A DNA stretch of 64,000 nt from Roseiflexus sp. (GCA_017743475.1 JAGHYV010000002.1:13844-77843); one strand, 5' to 3'. Shown: positions 1 to 9,241, numbered from the stretch's first letter. The notes: a model not told the origin generated them from the letters alone. Numbers and translations: made by a program.

Positions 1-1664
1 TAGCCAGCCCACTCCTTTTCGCGCAGGACGAACTTCTGGATCTTGCCGGTCGATGTTTTGGGCAGACTCTCGACAAACTCGACGAACTTCGGGCACTTGA
101 AATGCGCTAGCCGCTCGCGGCAGAAGGCGATGATCTCGTCGGCGGTCGTCTGTGCGCCGGGTTTGAGGATGATAAATGCCTTGGGCGTTTCGCCCCATTG
201 AACGTCGGGTACCCCGATGACGGTCGCCTCCAGCACCAGTGGATGCTGATAGAGCACACGTTCGATTTCGATGGTCGAGATATTTTCGCCGCCGCTGATA
301 ATGATGTCCTTCTTGCGGTCGCGCAGTTCGATATAACCGTCCGGGTGCATCACTGCCAGATCGCCGCTATGGAACCATCCGCCGCGAAACGCTTGCCTGG
401 TAGCTTCCTCGTCGCGGTAGTAGCCCTTCATCACATTGTTGCCGCGCATCACCACCTCTCCCAGGGTGGCGCCGTCCGCCGGGACATCGCGCATCTCCTC
501 GTCCACTACACGAAGTTCCGGTGCGTGCAGGTAACCGACACCCTGGCGTGCTTTGAGACGGGCACGTTCTTCAAGCGACAGCCCATCCCATTCGCGCTTC
601 CACTCGCAGACCGTATGCGGTCCGTAGGTTTCGGTCAGCCCATACACGTGGATGATTGTCGCCCCCAGTTCTTCCATCCGCTGAATGATCGCTGGCGGCG
701 GCGGCGCTGCTGCCGTCACGATGGTCAATTGGCGGGCAAAACGAAAGCCAGGTGGGCATTCCATCGCCAGCATAATCAGCACCGTCGGTGCGCCGCAGAA
801 GTGGGTAACCTGTTCTGCCTCAATCAGGGATAGAACGCGGGCAGCATCCACTTTCGGCAGGCAGACGTGCGTGGCGCCGATGCCGGTCACCGCCCAGGGG
901 AAACACCATCCATTGCAGTGGTACATCGGTAGCGTCCACAGGTAGGTGCTATCGGGGCGCAGACCAACCTCAATGATTTCTCCCAGCGCATTCAGATACG
1001 CCCCGCGATGGGTGTAGATCACACCTTTGGGGCGACCGGTTGTGCCGCTGGTGTAGTTGATGCTGATGGGATGATCCTCATCGTCTACCGGATACGCAAA
1101 GGGTTCAGGGCTGGAGTCCTTCAAGAACTCCTCGTAGTTAACGCCGTCCGGCAGTATGCCAGCATCGGTTGGGCTGCCAGCGTGCCGGCTCGACACATCC
1201 GCGACCACGATCACCTCTAGCGCGTTGAGTTGCTTCCGGATCGGGGCGATAAGCGGCGCGAGTTCGGCATCCAGAATCAGCGCTCTGGCACCGGAGTGAT
1301 CCAGAATATAGCCTATCTCATCAGATGTCAGGCGAATGTTGATCGGAACGAGGATCGCGCCGATCTGCGGAACGCCGAAATGCGCCTCAAGCACTTCGGT
1401 CGCATTCCGGCACAGGATCGCAACCCGGTCGCCCGATTCGACACCCTTCCGGCGCAGTGCGTTCGCCAGCCGATAGACCCGCGCACCAAATTCGGCATAC
1501 GTCAGTCGCCGATCACCATCTACAATGCCCCTCTTCTCCGGAAAGACGCGCAGAGTACGTTCCAGAAACATCAACGGCGAGAGTATCGAGCGGTGGACAG
1601 GGAGACCAGCCCACTGGTCGTTCGACCACAACAACTGGAAGCAATCATCGGCATACGGATTCAT
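1..1664 (-). CDS. Acyl-CoA synthetase / AMP-binding enzyme (3' end runs off the window)
   Basis: Translated by hand because the ORF track lacks it (no stop in window). ATG at 1664 with GGAGG RBS. Reads MNPYADD...LSPLMFLERTLRVFPEKRGIVDGDRRLTYAEF...VPINIRL and ends LPKTSTGKIQKFVLRE, typical of acyl-CoA ligases. Confidence 0.9.
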   Translation of the reverse strand, partial: MNPYADDCFQLLWSNDQWAGLPVHRSILSPLMFLERTLRVFPEKRGIVDGDRRLTYAEFGARVYRLANALRRKGVESGDRVAILCRNATEVLEAHFGVPQIGAILVPINIRLTSDEIGYILDHSGARALILDAELAPLIAPIRKQLNALEVIVVADVSSRHAGSPTDAGILPDGVNYEEFLKDSSPEPFAYPVDDEDHPISINYTSGTTGRPKGVIYTHRGAYLNALGEIIEVGLRPDSTYLWTLPMYHCNGWCFPWAVTGIGATHVCLPKVDAARVLSLIEAEQVTHFCGAPTVLIMLAMECPPGFRFARQLTIVTAAAPPPPAIIQRMEELGATIIHVYGLTETYGPHTVCEWKREWDGLSLEERARLKARQGVGYLHAPELRVVDEEMRDVPADGATLGEVVMRGNNVMKGYYRDEEATRQAFRGGWFHSGDLAVMHPDGYIELRDRKKDIIISGGENISTIEIERVLYQHPLVLEATVIGVPDVQWGETPKAFIILKPGAQTTADEIIAFCRERLAHFKCPKFVEFVESLPKTSTGKIQKFVLREKEWAG

Positions 1665-1861
1665 GTTCTTTTCCTCCGGGGTGTCATCTCATCAAAACCG
1701 GTTTTGCAGAAAGCTACGGTCATCTCTATTGCGATGGGAAGGATAGCTTATTACGGTACTATTCGGTGCATACACAGCTATTGTGCTTCAACGCGACATC
1801 GATACATATTGACGGAAGACCGAAAATCTGTGTTCTTCATTCTGCATTCACTTGCGAACGT

Positions 1862-1965
1862 ATAGCAGTTCTCAGATACATTGACCCCTGTCTGGGCCTA
1901 CCGTGTCATGCAAGGTACCCGCATCCGCTTCCAGCAGAACGTAGACCGAAATTATGAATTTCAAG
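1862..1965 (+). repeat. Partial copy (left end only) of the MITE at 44466-44646
   Basis: TATAGCAGTTCTCAGATACATTGACCCCTGTC...GTAGACCGAAATT aligns over ~100 bp with TATAGCAGTTCTCAGATACGTTGACCCTTGTC...GTAGACTGAAATT at 44466; no right end seen. Confidence 0.75.
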
Positions 1966-2125
1966 AATTAATCTCCGTATCACATCTAGTAATACCAGGC
2001 GCTGTACACCGGTGCTCATTCACAATTTGCTCTGCTTGCTACAGATCAAAAACTGGGGTGGTCATCATGAGGGTAAATTTTTTGGAAAGCCCTTACGTCC
2101 TATCTCCTATTTCAGGCATTGGTAC

Positions 2126-2199
2126 GCTCAAACTCCTCCTTCTCCCCCTGTGGGGACGAGAGTTGGGGAGATGGGGGTAAAGGCGGATGAGCATGCAGA
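2126..2199 (+). repeat. Degenerate copy of the CCCCCTTCTCCC/GGGAGAAGGGG REP-like element
   Basis: ACGCTCAAACTCCTCCTTCTCCCCCTGTGGGGA...GGGGAGATGGGGGT...ATGCAGAA resembles the copies at 10053 and 15939. Confidence 0.5.
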
Positions 2200-2280
2200 A
2201 AATCTCTCATCTCTCCTAGATCTCTACTCTTGAGAGGACTGAAGAACACCTTCGATACGGCGCGAGATCTGATGCGTATG

Positions 2281-3566
2281 CTACAACTGCTGCCGCTGCG
2301 CCAGTGCATACGCGATGCCCTGTTGCAGACTGCGCAGCGCAATCATATCCTGCATTTCGGCGCCAATATGCACCAGCGTCTGTGCAACCTCGGCACTGAT
2401 GCCGCTGAGCACAACGCGCGCGCCCAGCATCCGCGCCGCCTGTGCTGCCCGGATCAGCGCGCCAGCGACCTGTGTATCAACTACTCTGACGCCTGTAATA
2501 TCCAGGATGGCAATATCAGCGCAATGGGTCGCAATGCCTTCGAGCAGTGTTTCCATAATCTGCTGCGCGCGGCGGCTATCAATCGTACCGATAATCGGCA
2601 TTACCACCACCCCTTCGGCAATCGGCATCAGCGGCGTACTCAGTTCACGCAGCGCCGCCTGTTGCGCCTCGATCACTTCCTGTTGCAGCGCACGTTCACG
2701 AATGGCTTCTTCCGCGCGTCGTCGCAGCGTGATGTCGGTAAACGACACCATACCGTACACAATGCGTCCCTCTGCATCCCGAATCGGCGCGCCGTGGATC
2801 TCGATCAGTATCCGACCATCAGGGCGCTCGATCTCCATATCATCAACTGATGACGTCTCTCCACTCAATGCGCGTACCAGCGGCATACGCTCTGTAGGGT
2901 AGAGTTGATCAGTTCCGGCTACAAAAGCACGATAAACCTCGGCGAGTTGCCCGACGGTGACGTCGGACATAATACCTTTGCCAAGTATCTCAATAGCGCT
3001 GCGGTTAGCATAGAAGGGACGCCCGTCCGGTTCGACGACGAAGACTCCGACCGGTAGCGCATCGAGAAAGCGGAGCAGGCGTTGCTCACTGTCGCGCAGC
3101 GTCGCTTCGACCCTGCGACTCTCGCTCATATCGCGCATAATTGTCGAGTAGTGGGTGATTGCTCCGTCAGCATTTTTGTGCGCAATGATGACCTGTGAAA
3201 CCGGAATTTCCCTCCCCTGCGGGTCGAGCACTGCCGTATTGCCGCTCAAACCCCCTCGCGTGCAGCGTGCGGCAATCCCTGGTTGAGGATCAGATCGGCT
3301 GCCCAGGCTGGATGAAACTGGGGAATGCGCGGCTCTTCCGACAGAGTATCCACCTCGCCGAGTAGACGCCGACCGGCCGGATTGATGAAGATCACCCGCC
3401 CTTTGCTGTCGGCGGTGCTGATCACGTCTGGTGTATATTCGATAATCGCCTTCAGTCGTTCAGTGACTTCATCATCCTGCTGACGCTGCGCTAGCAATGC
3501 CTCAAGTTCGGCAACGCGACGGCGCAGGCGTTCCAGTTCGTCAGCAGGATCATTCGGGGATGACAT
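2281..3566 (-). pseudogene. PAS-PAS-STAS (RsbR-like anti-anti-sigma/stressosome-type) sensor split by a 1-nt frameshift
   Basis: ORF 3246-3566 (coiled coil plus first half of a PAS) ends AREGV*. ORF 2281-3249 continues SGNTAVLDPQGREIPVSQVII, a second PAS, then STAS (LSTPLMPIAEGVVVMPIIGTIDSRRA...DITGV). The junction GTT TG AGC is one G short of GTT TGG AGC (V-W-S). Confidence 0.8.
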
Positions 3567-3690
3567 ATGGGTTGCTCCTGATTGCTATCGTTGAGCCTGT
3601 TTGCTTGCTGACGCAAGTTTAAGCGATCCCGGCAAAAATGCAATGTCCTGTCTGCTACATGGGATTGGTTTAATGAAGATTTGGAGAATT

Positions 3691-3763
3691 ATAATCCGGT
3701 ATGCTGAACTGACTGTGAAGCTAAAATCCTCGGCTATCTAAGGCAAAGCCTGCCTGTGCGGGC
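3691..3763 (-). repeat. REP-like unit (GCCCGC...GGCTTTG...TTCGGCATACTGGATT family)
   Basis: The reverse complement GCCCGCACAGGCAGGCTTTGCCTTAGATAGCCGAGGATTTTAGC...GTTCAGCATACCGGATTAT matches 44720-44790 and 45988-46015. Confidence 0.7.
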
Positions 3764-3780
3764 TAGAGCGGACTGTGTAT

Positions 3781-4054
3781 TCAAAGACTATCAGACAGTC
3801 GAGCCGAGGGGAGGACGTACTGCCAGGCCCAGGCACGCTGAGAGTTGGGGTGTTGACGCCCCAGAGAGTCAGGCAGGGAGAGCAGGGCGCTCAGAACCCG
3901 GTTCTGGGGAGAGGCGGCGACGTGTTCATTGATGGCCGGGTGGGTGAGGAAGGCTTCGACTTCGGGTGCACCCGGTTCGTTGGGATGCCGTTTGCCGTAG
4001 AAGAAGGATAGAGCGCCGAATCTAGCCCACATAAGAGTTCTCGGTGCGGATGGA
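3781..4054 (-). pseudogene. intI: Integron integrase (IntI) remnant
   Basis: Across frames it reads [54 protein letters not shown] (IntI N-terminal domain), joined directly to [28 protein letters not shown] (the IntI-specific insertion). It has a nonsense codon at 4022-4024, a frameshift and a large internal deletion. Confidence 0.85.
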
Positions 4055-4106
4055 GCGGAAGCAAAATCCATCACCATCTACTGGATAAGACCACACAAGG
4101 GATGAG

Positions 4107-4337
4107 ATGGCTCGTCGTCAGATCACCGGGGACGATGTGGTCAAAGTTCTCATCGCCCCAGAGCAAACGGCAGTTATCCGCGAAGGCCGGGAGGTCTATC
4201 AATCTCGTTTTCAGGCTGGCGAACCACCCAAAACGCATCTGCTCCGCGTCTTTGTAGATATTGACCGCACTCCCCCAGAAGTGGTGACAATGTATCGAAC
4301 AAGCAAGGTTGCGACGTACTGGAGGACAGAAACATGA
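4107..4337 (+). CDS. DUF4258-family putative toxin (N-terminus probably truncated)
   Basis: MARRQITGDDVVKVLIAPEQ...LLRVFVDIDRTPPEVVTMYRTSKVATYW; stop overlaps the DUF2283 start (ATGA). The in-frame upstream HTRDE resembles the lost HARDE motif. Confidence 0.7.
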   Translation: MARRQITGDDVVKVLIAPEQTAVIREGREVYQSRFQAGEPPKTHLLRVFVDIDRTPPEVVTMYRTSKVATYWRTET

Positions 4338-4537
4338 AAGTGATTTATGACCTTGAGACCGATACGCTCACGATTATCTTTGCCGAGACTCCGGTGGCCG
4401 AAAGGAAGATAAGCCGGGGGGTGATTCTGGACTACGATGCTTCTGGTAATCTGGTCTCGCTGGAAATCCTCGACGCTTCACGTCGCGTCACTTTGCCGAG
4501 CTAGATTGAGTATCAAGTCGCCCTCGTGTCGGGGTGA
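4334..4537 (+). pseudogene. DUF2283-family putative antitoxin, decaying
   Basis: MKVIYDLETDTLTIIFAETPVAE...GVILDYDASGNLVSLEILDAS. A compensated frameshift hides EDKPG, and TAG at 4502-4504 is followed by in-frame IEYQVA (likely CAG>TAG). Confidence 0.75.
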
Positions 4538-4675
4538 CATGCAAATGACGGGTGATTGATAAAAGGATAGAACACCGGGAAGCCACAAGGCAGCCTTACA
4601 CCGCATCCGACTGCCCCGCGCTGTGCACTCGATTAACTGGCCAGTCCTGCTCGCAGGCGTTCGGGTTAACGTCTT

Positions 4676-4773
4676 TCCAGACCCACGCAGGCAGCTGACG
4701 CGCGAGCAACTTATCTTCATTTGCCACCGTTCCGCCTCGAGACCCGCGCGGGCAGCTGACGCATGTGTTAGAC
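4676..4773 (+). other. attC-like recombination site (degenerate)
   Basis: R'' TCCAGAC (4676), L'' CAGGCAGC (4688), inner stem CAGCTGACGCGCG/CGCGCGGGCAGCTG, L' GCTGACG (4755), R' GTTAGAC (4767-4773). Confidence 0.65.
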
Positions 4774-4777
4774 CCCT

Positions 4778-5087
4778 ATGGCTACTTCGCAGACTGTGTC
4801 AGATTGAACCCTGGCTAATCCAGTGGGACTCCCGAGGCAATCCTTACTTGTGGGCGGAAATGTCCGAGGTGCCTGCTGGCGTCCCGCTGCCTCCAACAGA
4901 AGGTGAGTTGGTGCAACTTCTCGAGCATACGTTCGCCCGGCTCGTTAGAGCGCCGATAGGGTCGCCCGAATCGTCCATTTTCGTTGAGCGTTACTGTCAC
5001 AGTGGCATGTCTACAGGTCTGATCAGTTTTGCCTTCTGGCAAGAAATTGGGTTGCCACTCTCGCGGGCTCGCTATCTCGGAGCCTGA
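4778..5087 (+). pseudogene. Integron cassette gene of unknown function (~100 aa, apparent frameshift near 4800)
   Basis: ATG lies 4 nt after the attC R' core (MATSQTV), then the frame shifts into the ORF-track frame QIEPWLIQWDSRGNPYLWAE...RARYLGA*. The TGA lies inside the next attC R'' (GCCTGAC). Confidence 0.55.
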
Positions 5088-5136
5088 CAATTCGTCCGAG
5101 CCAATACTGCGCCGCAGTGTAACTCGGGCGTTAGAG
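5082..5136 (+). other. attC site (short, aadA7-like type, degenerate)
   Basis: GCCTGACAATTCGTCCGAGCC...ACTGC-GCC-GCAGT...TAACTCGGGCGTTAGAG resembles the classic GTCTAACAATTCATTCAAGCC...TAATTCAAGCGTTAGAC (16/21 and 13/16 by my alignment against the remembered consensus). Confidence 0.75.
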
Positions 5137-5215
5137 CTTTTCCGAATAACCCGGTGACTTGCACGGCGATCACGCCACAAGCGACAGGGAGAAAGGCAGG
5201 ATACTGGATAGGCTC

Positions 5216-7357
5216 TCACTGCCGTGTATCAATCCGGCTACGCATATCGAGCGCAAACAGACGCACACTGATCGGAGCGCCAGCGCGCGCGGGATCAGGG
5301 GTGGCAGGCGCCTGCAATGTCAGAACGTGCTGACCGGGAGGAAGCAGGAGGTGCAGTGTGCGCGCCGGTGCGCGTCCGGAAAGAATATCGAACGTGCCTA
5401 GAGACGCGCCATCCAGCGACCAGGTGAGTGGTCGTGGATGGGCATATGCTTCCAGCCAGCATGTGAGGCGCACAGGCGTCGGAGCAGGAGAAGGGTTGAA
5501 CAGACGCACCTCAGCCCGCTCTCCCATCCAACGCCAGCGAACGTCGCTGTCAGGCTGGCGTTCAAGCGGTTGCCAACCCTCCCCCAGAAATGCAATCGGT
5601 GAAACGGGCCAGGTATCCGGCATTGCGTAGACCTCCAGCGTTTCATCAACAAAGATCGGCGGCGGTATGCCCAGATCAGCCAGCAGGGGACGCACGCGCG
5701 CAAAATACTCGTCCTTATTGCTCTCCAGGTCCATCGTGATGTAGCGGATGCGGTATGCAGCAAGCGCCCGTCGTCCGGATTCGGGCCACGTGGGTAAAAC
5801 CACGTCATGTCGCTCGACTTCGCCGAACTGGATGTCGCGTATGCCCGGAGTGTACTGCGCAAATGGGTATGCTGGCGGACGAGCGACATACCCGCCGATA
5901 ATTGGCCATCTGTGAACCATTTGGGGCGTCAGATTTTCGCTGCGATTGATGTTGATGTACAGCGGCAGCGGCATCAGCGCGCCATCGGGCGGCGGAAGCG
6001 TTGCGTAGAACGGGTGGATGCGGCGCTCGACGATAGGGTGAGGTCCGGCATAGCCGTCGATGCCCACAACTGCAGCAATCAACACTGCCACAGCAATCCA
6101 CGCGCGTCTCCGTGAGCTACGAAACAGGCGCGTTTGCAGCCCCGCTCGCACGCCGTATGCCGCCAGTACCGCCAGACACAGGCTGACCATCACTGCCATG
6201 TGGTTGGGGCGCTGCCCGGCGCGGATGCCTGGCAAATCCTGAATCAGAGCGTACGGCAGCGGCAGACCGGTATGCCAGCCAGCGATCTTCAACTGTGGTC
6301 CCAGCGCCAGCAGCAGACACGCCAGCGCCAGCAGAACCCAGCGCCACGCATTGCGTCTGAAGGCGAGCGCGCCCACCGTTCCCAGGCTCAACGCCACCCA
6401 TCCCAGCGCCACGTTCCAGATGGGCGCATCGGGATAGATCTGGTTGCGCCAGGCGCGCACTGCCGGACCCCACCACGGATTGACCGGGCTTGGCAGAAAC
6501 ATATCGACCAGGTCGGCGGAGCGTTCGTACTGCACCTGACGCATGTCCCACATTCCATCTTCTGCGCGCGTTGCCAGGCTGCTCAGCGCTGGCGCCAGCG
6601 CCAGCACCCAAACGATAAGCGGGGACGTCCCCCACGCAAACACCCGCGCTCCTTGCAGCACCCGCTGATTGTGCTCAGATGAACGAAAGGCCCCACACCC
6701 CCAGATGCACGCCGCGCATCCAGTATAGAGGGCGGCAAACAGTCCGTAGTACCAACTGCCCAGACTGACCCACACAAGCATTGCCCCGGCTGCCAGCGCC
6801 CAGCGCCACGATGGGCGTTCGAGGAGCAGCAGCAGGGTATAGGCGTACCACGGAAGCCAGTGGATGGCGGCGACTTCCAGATTGCCGTCGATCACTTTTT
6901 CCACGTGATAGGGCGAACAGACAAAGGTGGCGCCGGCAACCAATGCGGCTCGTTCGTCGCCGGTCATCCGCCGTGTGAATAAGAACGTTGCGTATCCGCC
7001 GATGGTGAAACTGGTGAGCACGACCCAGTTCACCGCAGCAATCGATCCGAGGGTAAGGGTCACCGGCAGTGCCAGGATGCCCTGGCTGAAGCCGATAGGC
7101 TGCCAGAAGAGATCAATGCCGTCCGGGTAGAAGAGCAACGGAGAAAAAAACGGGTTGCGCAGCGACGTGATTGCATATGCGATCCACCACAGGTTCCAGG
7201 CGTTCTGATAGGCGTCAACACCATCGACAGCGCCAATAACGCCGCGTGTCAGGTTGATCGTCAGCGGCCAGGTGAGGATCACGCCGAGGAACGAGTAGAC
7301 TGCCAGGGAGATCAGGTGGAAATGTATGCCTATCATCGAAGTGCGCTGTGCATCCAT
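5216..7357 (-). CDS. Multi-pass membrane GT-C-like protein (YfhO/PMT-like) with C-terminal GxGW..E..RW beta module
   Basis: ORF 5216-7438, probable start at 7357 or 7336. Contains YQNAWNLWW, LFYPDG, many TM segments, PIIGGYVARPP and LGEGWQPLE...RWRW; paralogous to 23801-25975. Confidence 0.75.
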   Translation of the reverse strand: MDAQRTSMIGIHFHLISLAVYSFLGVILTWPLTINLTRGVIGAVDGVDAYQNAWNLWWIAYAITSLRNPFFSPLLFYPDGIDLFWQPIGFSQGILALPVTLTLGSIAAVNWVVLTSFTIGGYATFLFTRRMTGDERAALVAGATFVCSPYHVEKVIDGNLEVAAIHWLPWYAYTLLLLLERPSWRWALAAGAMLVWVSLGSWYYGLFAALYTGCAACIWGCGAFRSSEHNQRVLQGARVFAWGTSPLIVWVLALAPALSSLATRAEDGMWDMRQVQYERSADLVDMFLPSPVNPWWGPAVRAWRNQIYPDAPIWNVALGWVALSLGTVGALAFRRNAWRWVLLALACLLLALGPQLKIAGWHTGLPLPYALIQDLPGIRAGQRPNHMAVMVSLCLAVLAAYGVRAGLQTRLFRSSRRRAWIAVAVLIAAVVGIDGYAGPHPIVERRIHPFYATLPPPDGALMPLPLYININRSENLTPQMVHRWPIIGGYVARPPAYPFAQYTPGIRDIQFGEVERHDVVLPTWPESGRRALAAYRIRYITMDLESNKDEYFARVRPLLADLGIPPPIFVDETLEVYAMPDTWPVSPIAFLGEGWQPLERQPDSDVRWRWMGERAEVRLFNPSPAPTPVRLTCWLEAYAHPRPLTWSLDGASLGTFDILSGRAPARTLHLLLPPGQHVLTLQAPATPDPARAGAPISVRLFALDMRSRIDTRQ

Positions 7358-7430
7358 AGACGTGCTGGAACGAGGCGGATTACCTGGTTGATGCCGGGGG
7401 CTACCAGAGGCATCACGGTCTGAACCAACA

Positions 7431-8297
7431 TCACCCATCGCGGCGCTTCCGCAACGCCAGCATCACATAGAGCGGATCCGACCGGTCGAACCGTTCTTCG
7501 AGCGGATGGATCAGCCATGCCAGCAGCAGATCCTTCAATACGAAACGCCGCCAGAATCTGGTGAGACAGGTTTCGTGATACCTTCCGTTGAGGATGCTGC
7601 GCCCAAATGCGTGTCGCTCGACGATGTCGGCGTGTGCCGGTTCGATGTACGTTCGTCGAATATCGTCATCGGTGTAGAAGCGGAAGAACGACCCCGGCTT
7701 TCCCTCCTGCACGAACGCGTTCCGGGCAACCTGTCGGAACGGTCGAATGCCGGCAAAGAACGAACGCCGCTCGCTGCTGGTGAATGGCAACGTCAGCGCA
7801 ACGATGCCGCCTGGAGCGAGCACGCGCCCTATCTCGCGACCGGCTGCAACGTCGTCGGGAATGTGTTCGAGCGACGAGACCGCACTGATAAATGGCGCCG
7901 ATCCATCGCGGAACGGCAAGCGGGTAGCGTCTGCCACGACTGGCAGCAGGTCGCCGTCACCAGGGCGCGCCGTTGCACGTCGTTTGTCGCGCTGCCAGCG
8001 CACACGACGCGCTTCAATCTCGACGATCACGACATTCACGCCCTCTTTTGCCAGCATATGCGGGAACGATGAGGTTCCAGAGCCAATGTCAATCACCGTA
8101 TCGCCACGCGTTACGCCCAGCGCCCGTGTCGCCCAGGGATACTCGATCAGGCGCCAGAGACTGAAATCATTGACCGTTTCCCACAGGATGCGCAGCCCAT
8201 TCAGCGCAACCTCATACCGCAGACAACGCCACGCCGATAAACGGATCGGAGTGCGGCGCACCGGTGATTGTTCGACAGCAGACCCGGAAGTGACCAT
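7431..8297 (-). CDS. Class I SAM-dependent methyltransferase (Methyltransf_11-like)
   Basis: VIDIGSGTS, VADATRLPF and SSLEHI motifs; ORF 7431-8366 with a likely downstream start. Confidence 0.8.
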   Translation of the reverse strand: MVTSGSAVEQSPVRRTPIRLSAWRCLRYEVALNGLRILWETVNDFSLWRLIEYPWATRALGVTRGDTVIDIGSGTSSFPHMLAKEGVNVVIVEIEARRVRWQRDKRRATARPGDGDLLPVVADATRLPFRDGSAPFISAVSSLEHIPDDVAAGREIGRVLAPGGIVALTLPFTSSERRSFFAGIRPFRQVARNAFVQEGKPGSFFRFYTDDDIRRTYIEPAHADIVERHAFGRSILNGRYHETCLTRFWRRFVLKDLLLAWLIHPLEERFDRSDPLYVMLALRKRRDG

Positions 8298-8344
8298 AAC
8301 GCATATTCCTCTACACAGGGCGCTCCAGTATACCATACATCGCC

Positions 8345-8373
8345 TTGACAGCAATGCGATAGTCATGTACTAT
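8345..8373 (+). promoter_or_regulatory. Sigma70-type promoter of the small-ORF/rpmB/rpsR operon
   Basis: TTGACA (8345-8350), 17 bp, TACTAT (8368-8373). Confidence 0.75.
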
Positions 8374-8379
8374 TCATAG

Positions 8380-8402
8380 TTGATTGAAACTATCATTATC
8401 AT
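8380..8402. promoter_or_regulatory. Fur/Zur-like operator
   Basis: TTGATTGAAACTATCAT(TATCAT) just downstream of the -10. The reverse complement of 8382-8400 matches the Fur box GATAATGATAATCATTATC at 14/19, and it matches 17174-17190 at 13/17. Confidence 0.6.
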
Positions 8403-8421
8403 ATCGAGGAGCACGCCGGTC

Positions 8422-8655
8422 ATGGCAGAGAAGAAATCGAAAACCGACGTTACTGCCCGCGATAAGACGGGCCGGGTGACCAACCGGTACTGCAACCATT
8501 GCGGGCAGCGGATTATGAATGACCGTGAGATGGTTGTGATCATGGACGGTCGGCGGCGGAACAAGACGTACTACCGACGCGATTGCTTCAACCGCCTGTT
8601 GAGCGCGGATCGTGAACTGGGGCTGGATGGTTCGCAGACCTGCCCCCTGCGCTGA
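8422..8655 (+). CDS. Small basic hypothetical protein with CxxC
   Basis: GAGGA RBS at 8406-8410, then MAEKKSK...RYCNHCGQR...YYRRDC; first gene of the operon. Confidence 0.7.
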   Translation: MAEKKSKTDVTARDKTGRVTNRYCNHCGQRIMNDREMVVIMDGRRRNKTYYRRDCFNRLLSADRELGLDGSQTCPLR

Positions 8656-8678
8656 TATGCCTGTCGAGGGGAAACCAT

Positions 8679-8954
8679 ATGGCAACGTGTGATCTTACCG
8701 GCAAGAAAGTCGCCTTCGGGCGCAACATTCGCCACAAAGCGTCCGGGGGATGGGCGCGCCGCGCTCCCAAAACCAACCGCACCTTCCGACCGAATGTTCA
8801 TCGGCACACGATATACGTGCCGGAGATCGGGCGCACTATCACGCTCAATCTTTCGACGAAGGCGCTGCGGACGATCAACAAGAAAGGGTTGATCGCCGCC
8901 GTGCGTGATCAGGGGCTGTCGGTCGAAGCATTTCTCAAGGAGCACCTTCGATGA
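8679..8954 (+). CDS. rpmB: 50S ribosomal protein L28 (Cys-poor paralog type)
   Basis: [19 protein letters not shown]...[11 protein letters not shown]...STKALRTI; only one Cys. Confidence 0.9.
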   Translation: MATCDLTGKKVAFGRNIRHKASGGWARRAPKTNRTFRPNVHRHTIYVPEIGRTITLNLSTKALRTINKKGLIAAVRDQGLSVEAFLKEHLR

Positions 8955-9217
8955 CGCATCAGGACGGATCTCACCGTATGCGCGGACGTGGGAGGCGCAA
9001 AAAAGTCTGCGAATTTTCGCGTCTCGGCATCTTGCCGGACTACAAAGACCCGGAGCGGCTCAAACGTTTTCTTGGTCCGACGGGGAAAATCCTGCCGCGC
9101 CGTCGCACCGGTCTGAGCGCAAAAATGCAACGTAAATTAACCATTGCTATCAAACGAGCGCGACATATGGCGCTTTTGCCATTCGTCGAGCGCAGTATCA
9201 CCGACCGGCGACGCTGA
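8951..9217 (+). CDS. rpsR: 30S ribosomal protein S18 (Cys-poor paralog type)
   Basis: KKVCEFS...[49 protein letters not shown]; no CxxC. Confidence 0.92.
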   Translation: MTHQDGSHRMRGRGRRKKVCEFSRLGILPDYKDPERLKRFLGPTGKILPRRRTGLSAKMQRKLTIAIKRARHMALLPFVERSITDRRR

Positions 9218-9241
9218 ACCGCAGTTGTGGGTGCGTATCAA

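Noticed and set aside
198-1957. Several long plus-strand ORFs (198-833, 1230-1865, 1457-1957)
   Set aside because: They are antisense shadows of the acyl-CoA synthetase, which the track missed because it has no stop in the window.
3246-3256. Programmed -1 frameshift at GAGGGGGTTTGA
   Set aside because: The zero-frame codons do not form an X XXY YYZ slippery heptamer, and a shift would give G-L rather than the expected V-W. A simple deletion explains it better.
4623-4777. N-terminal extension of ORF 4623-5087
   Set aside because: It reads through the attC-like hairpin; the plausible cassette start is ATG 4778.
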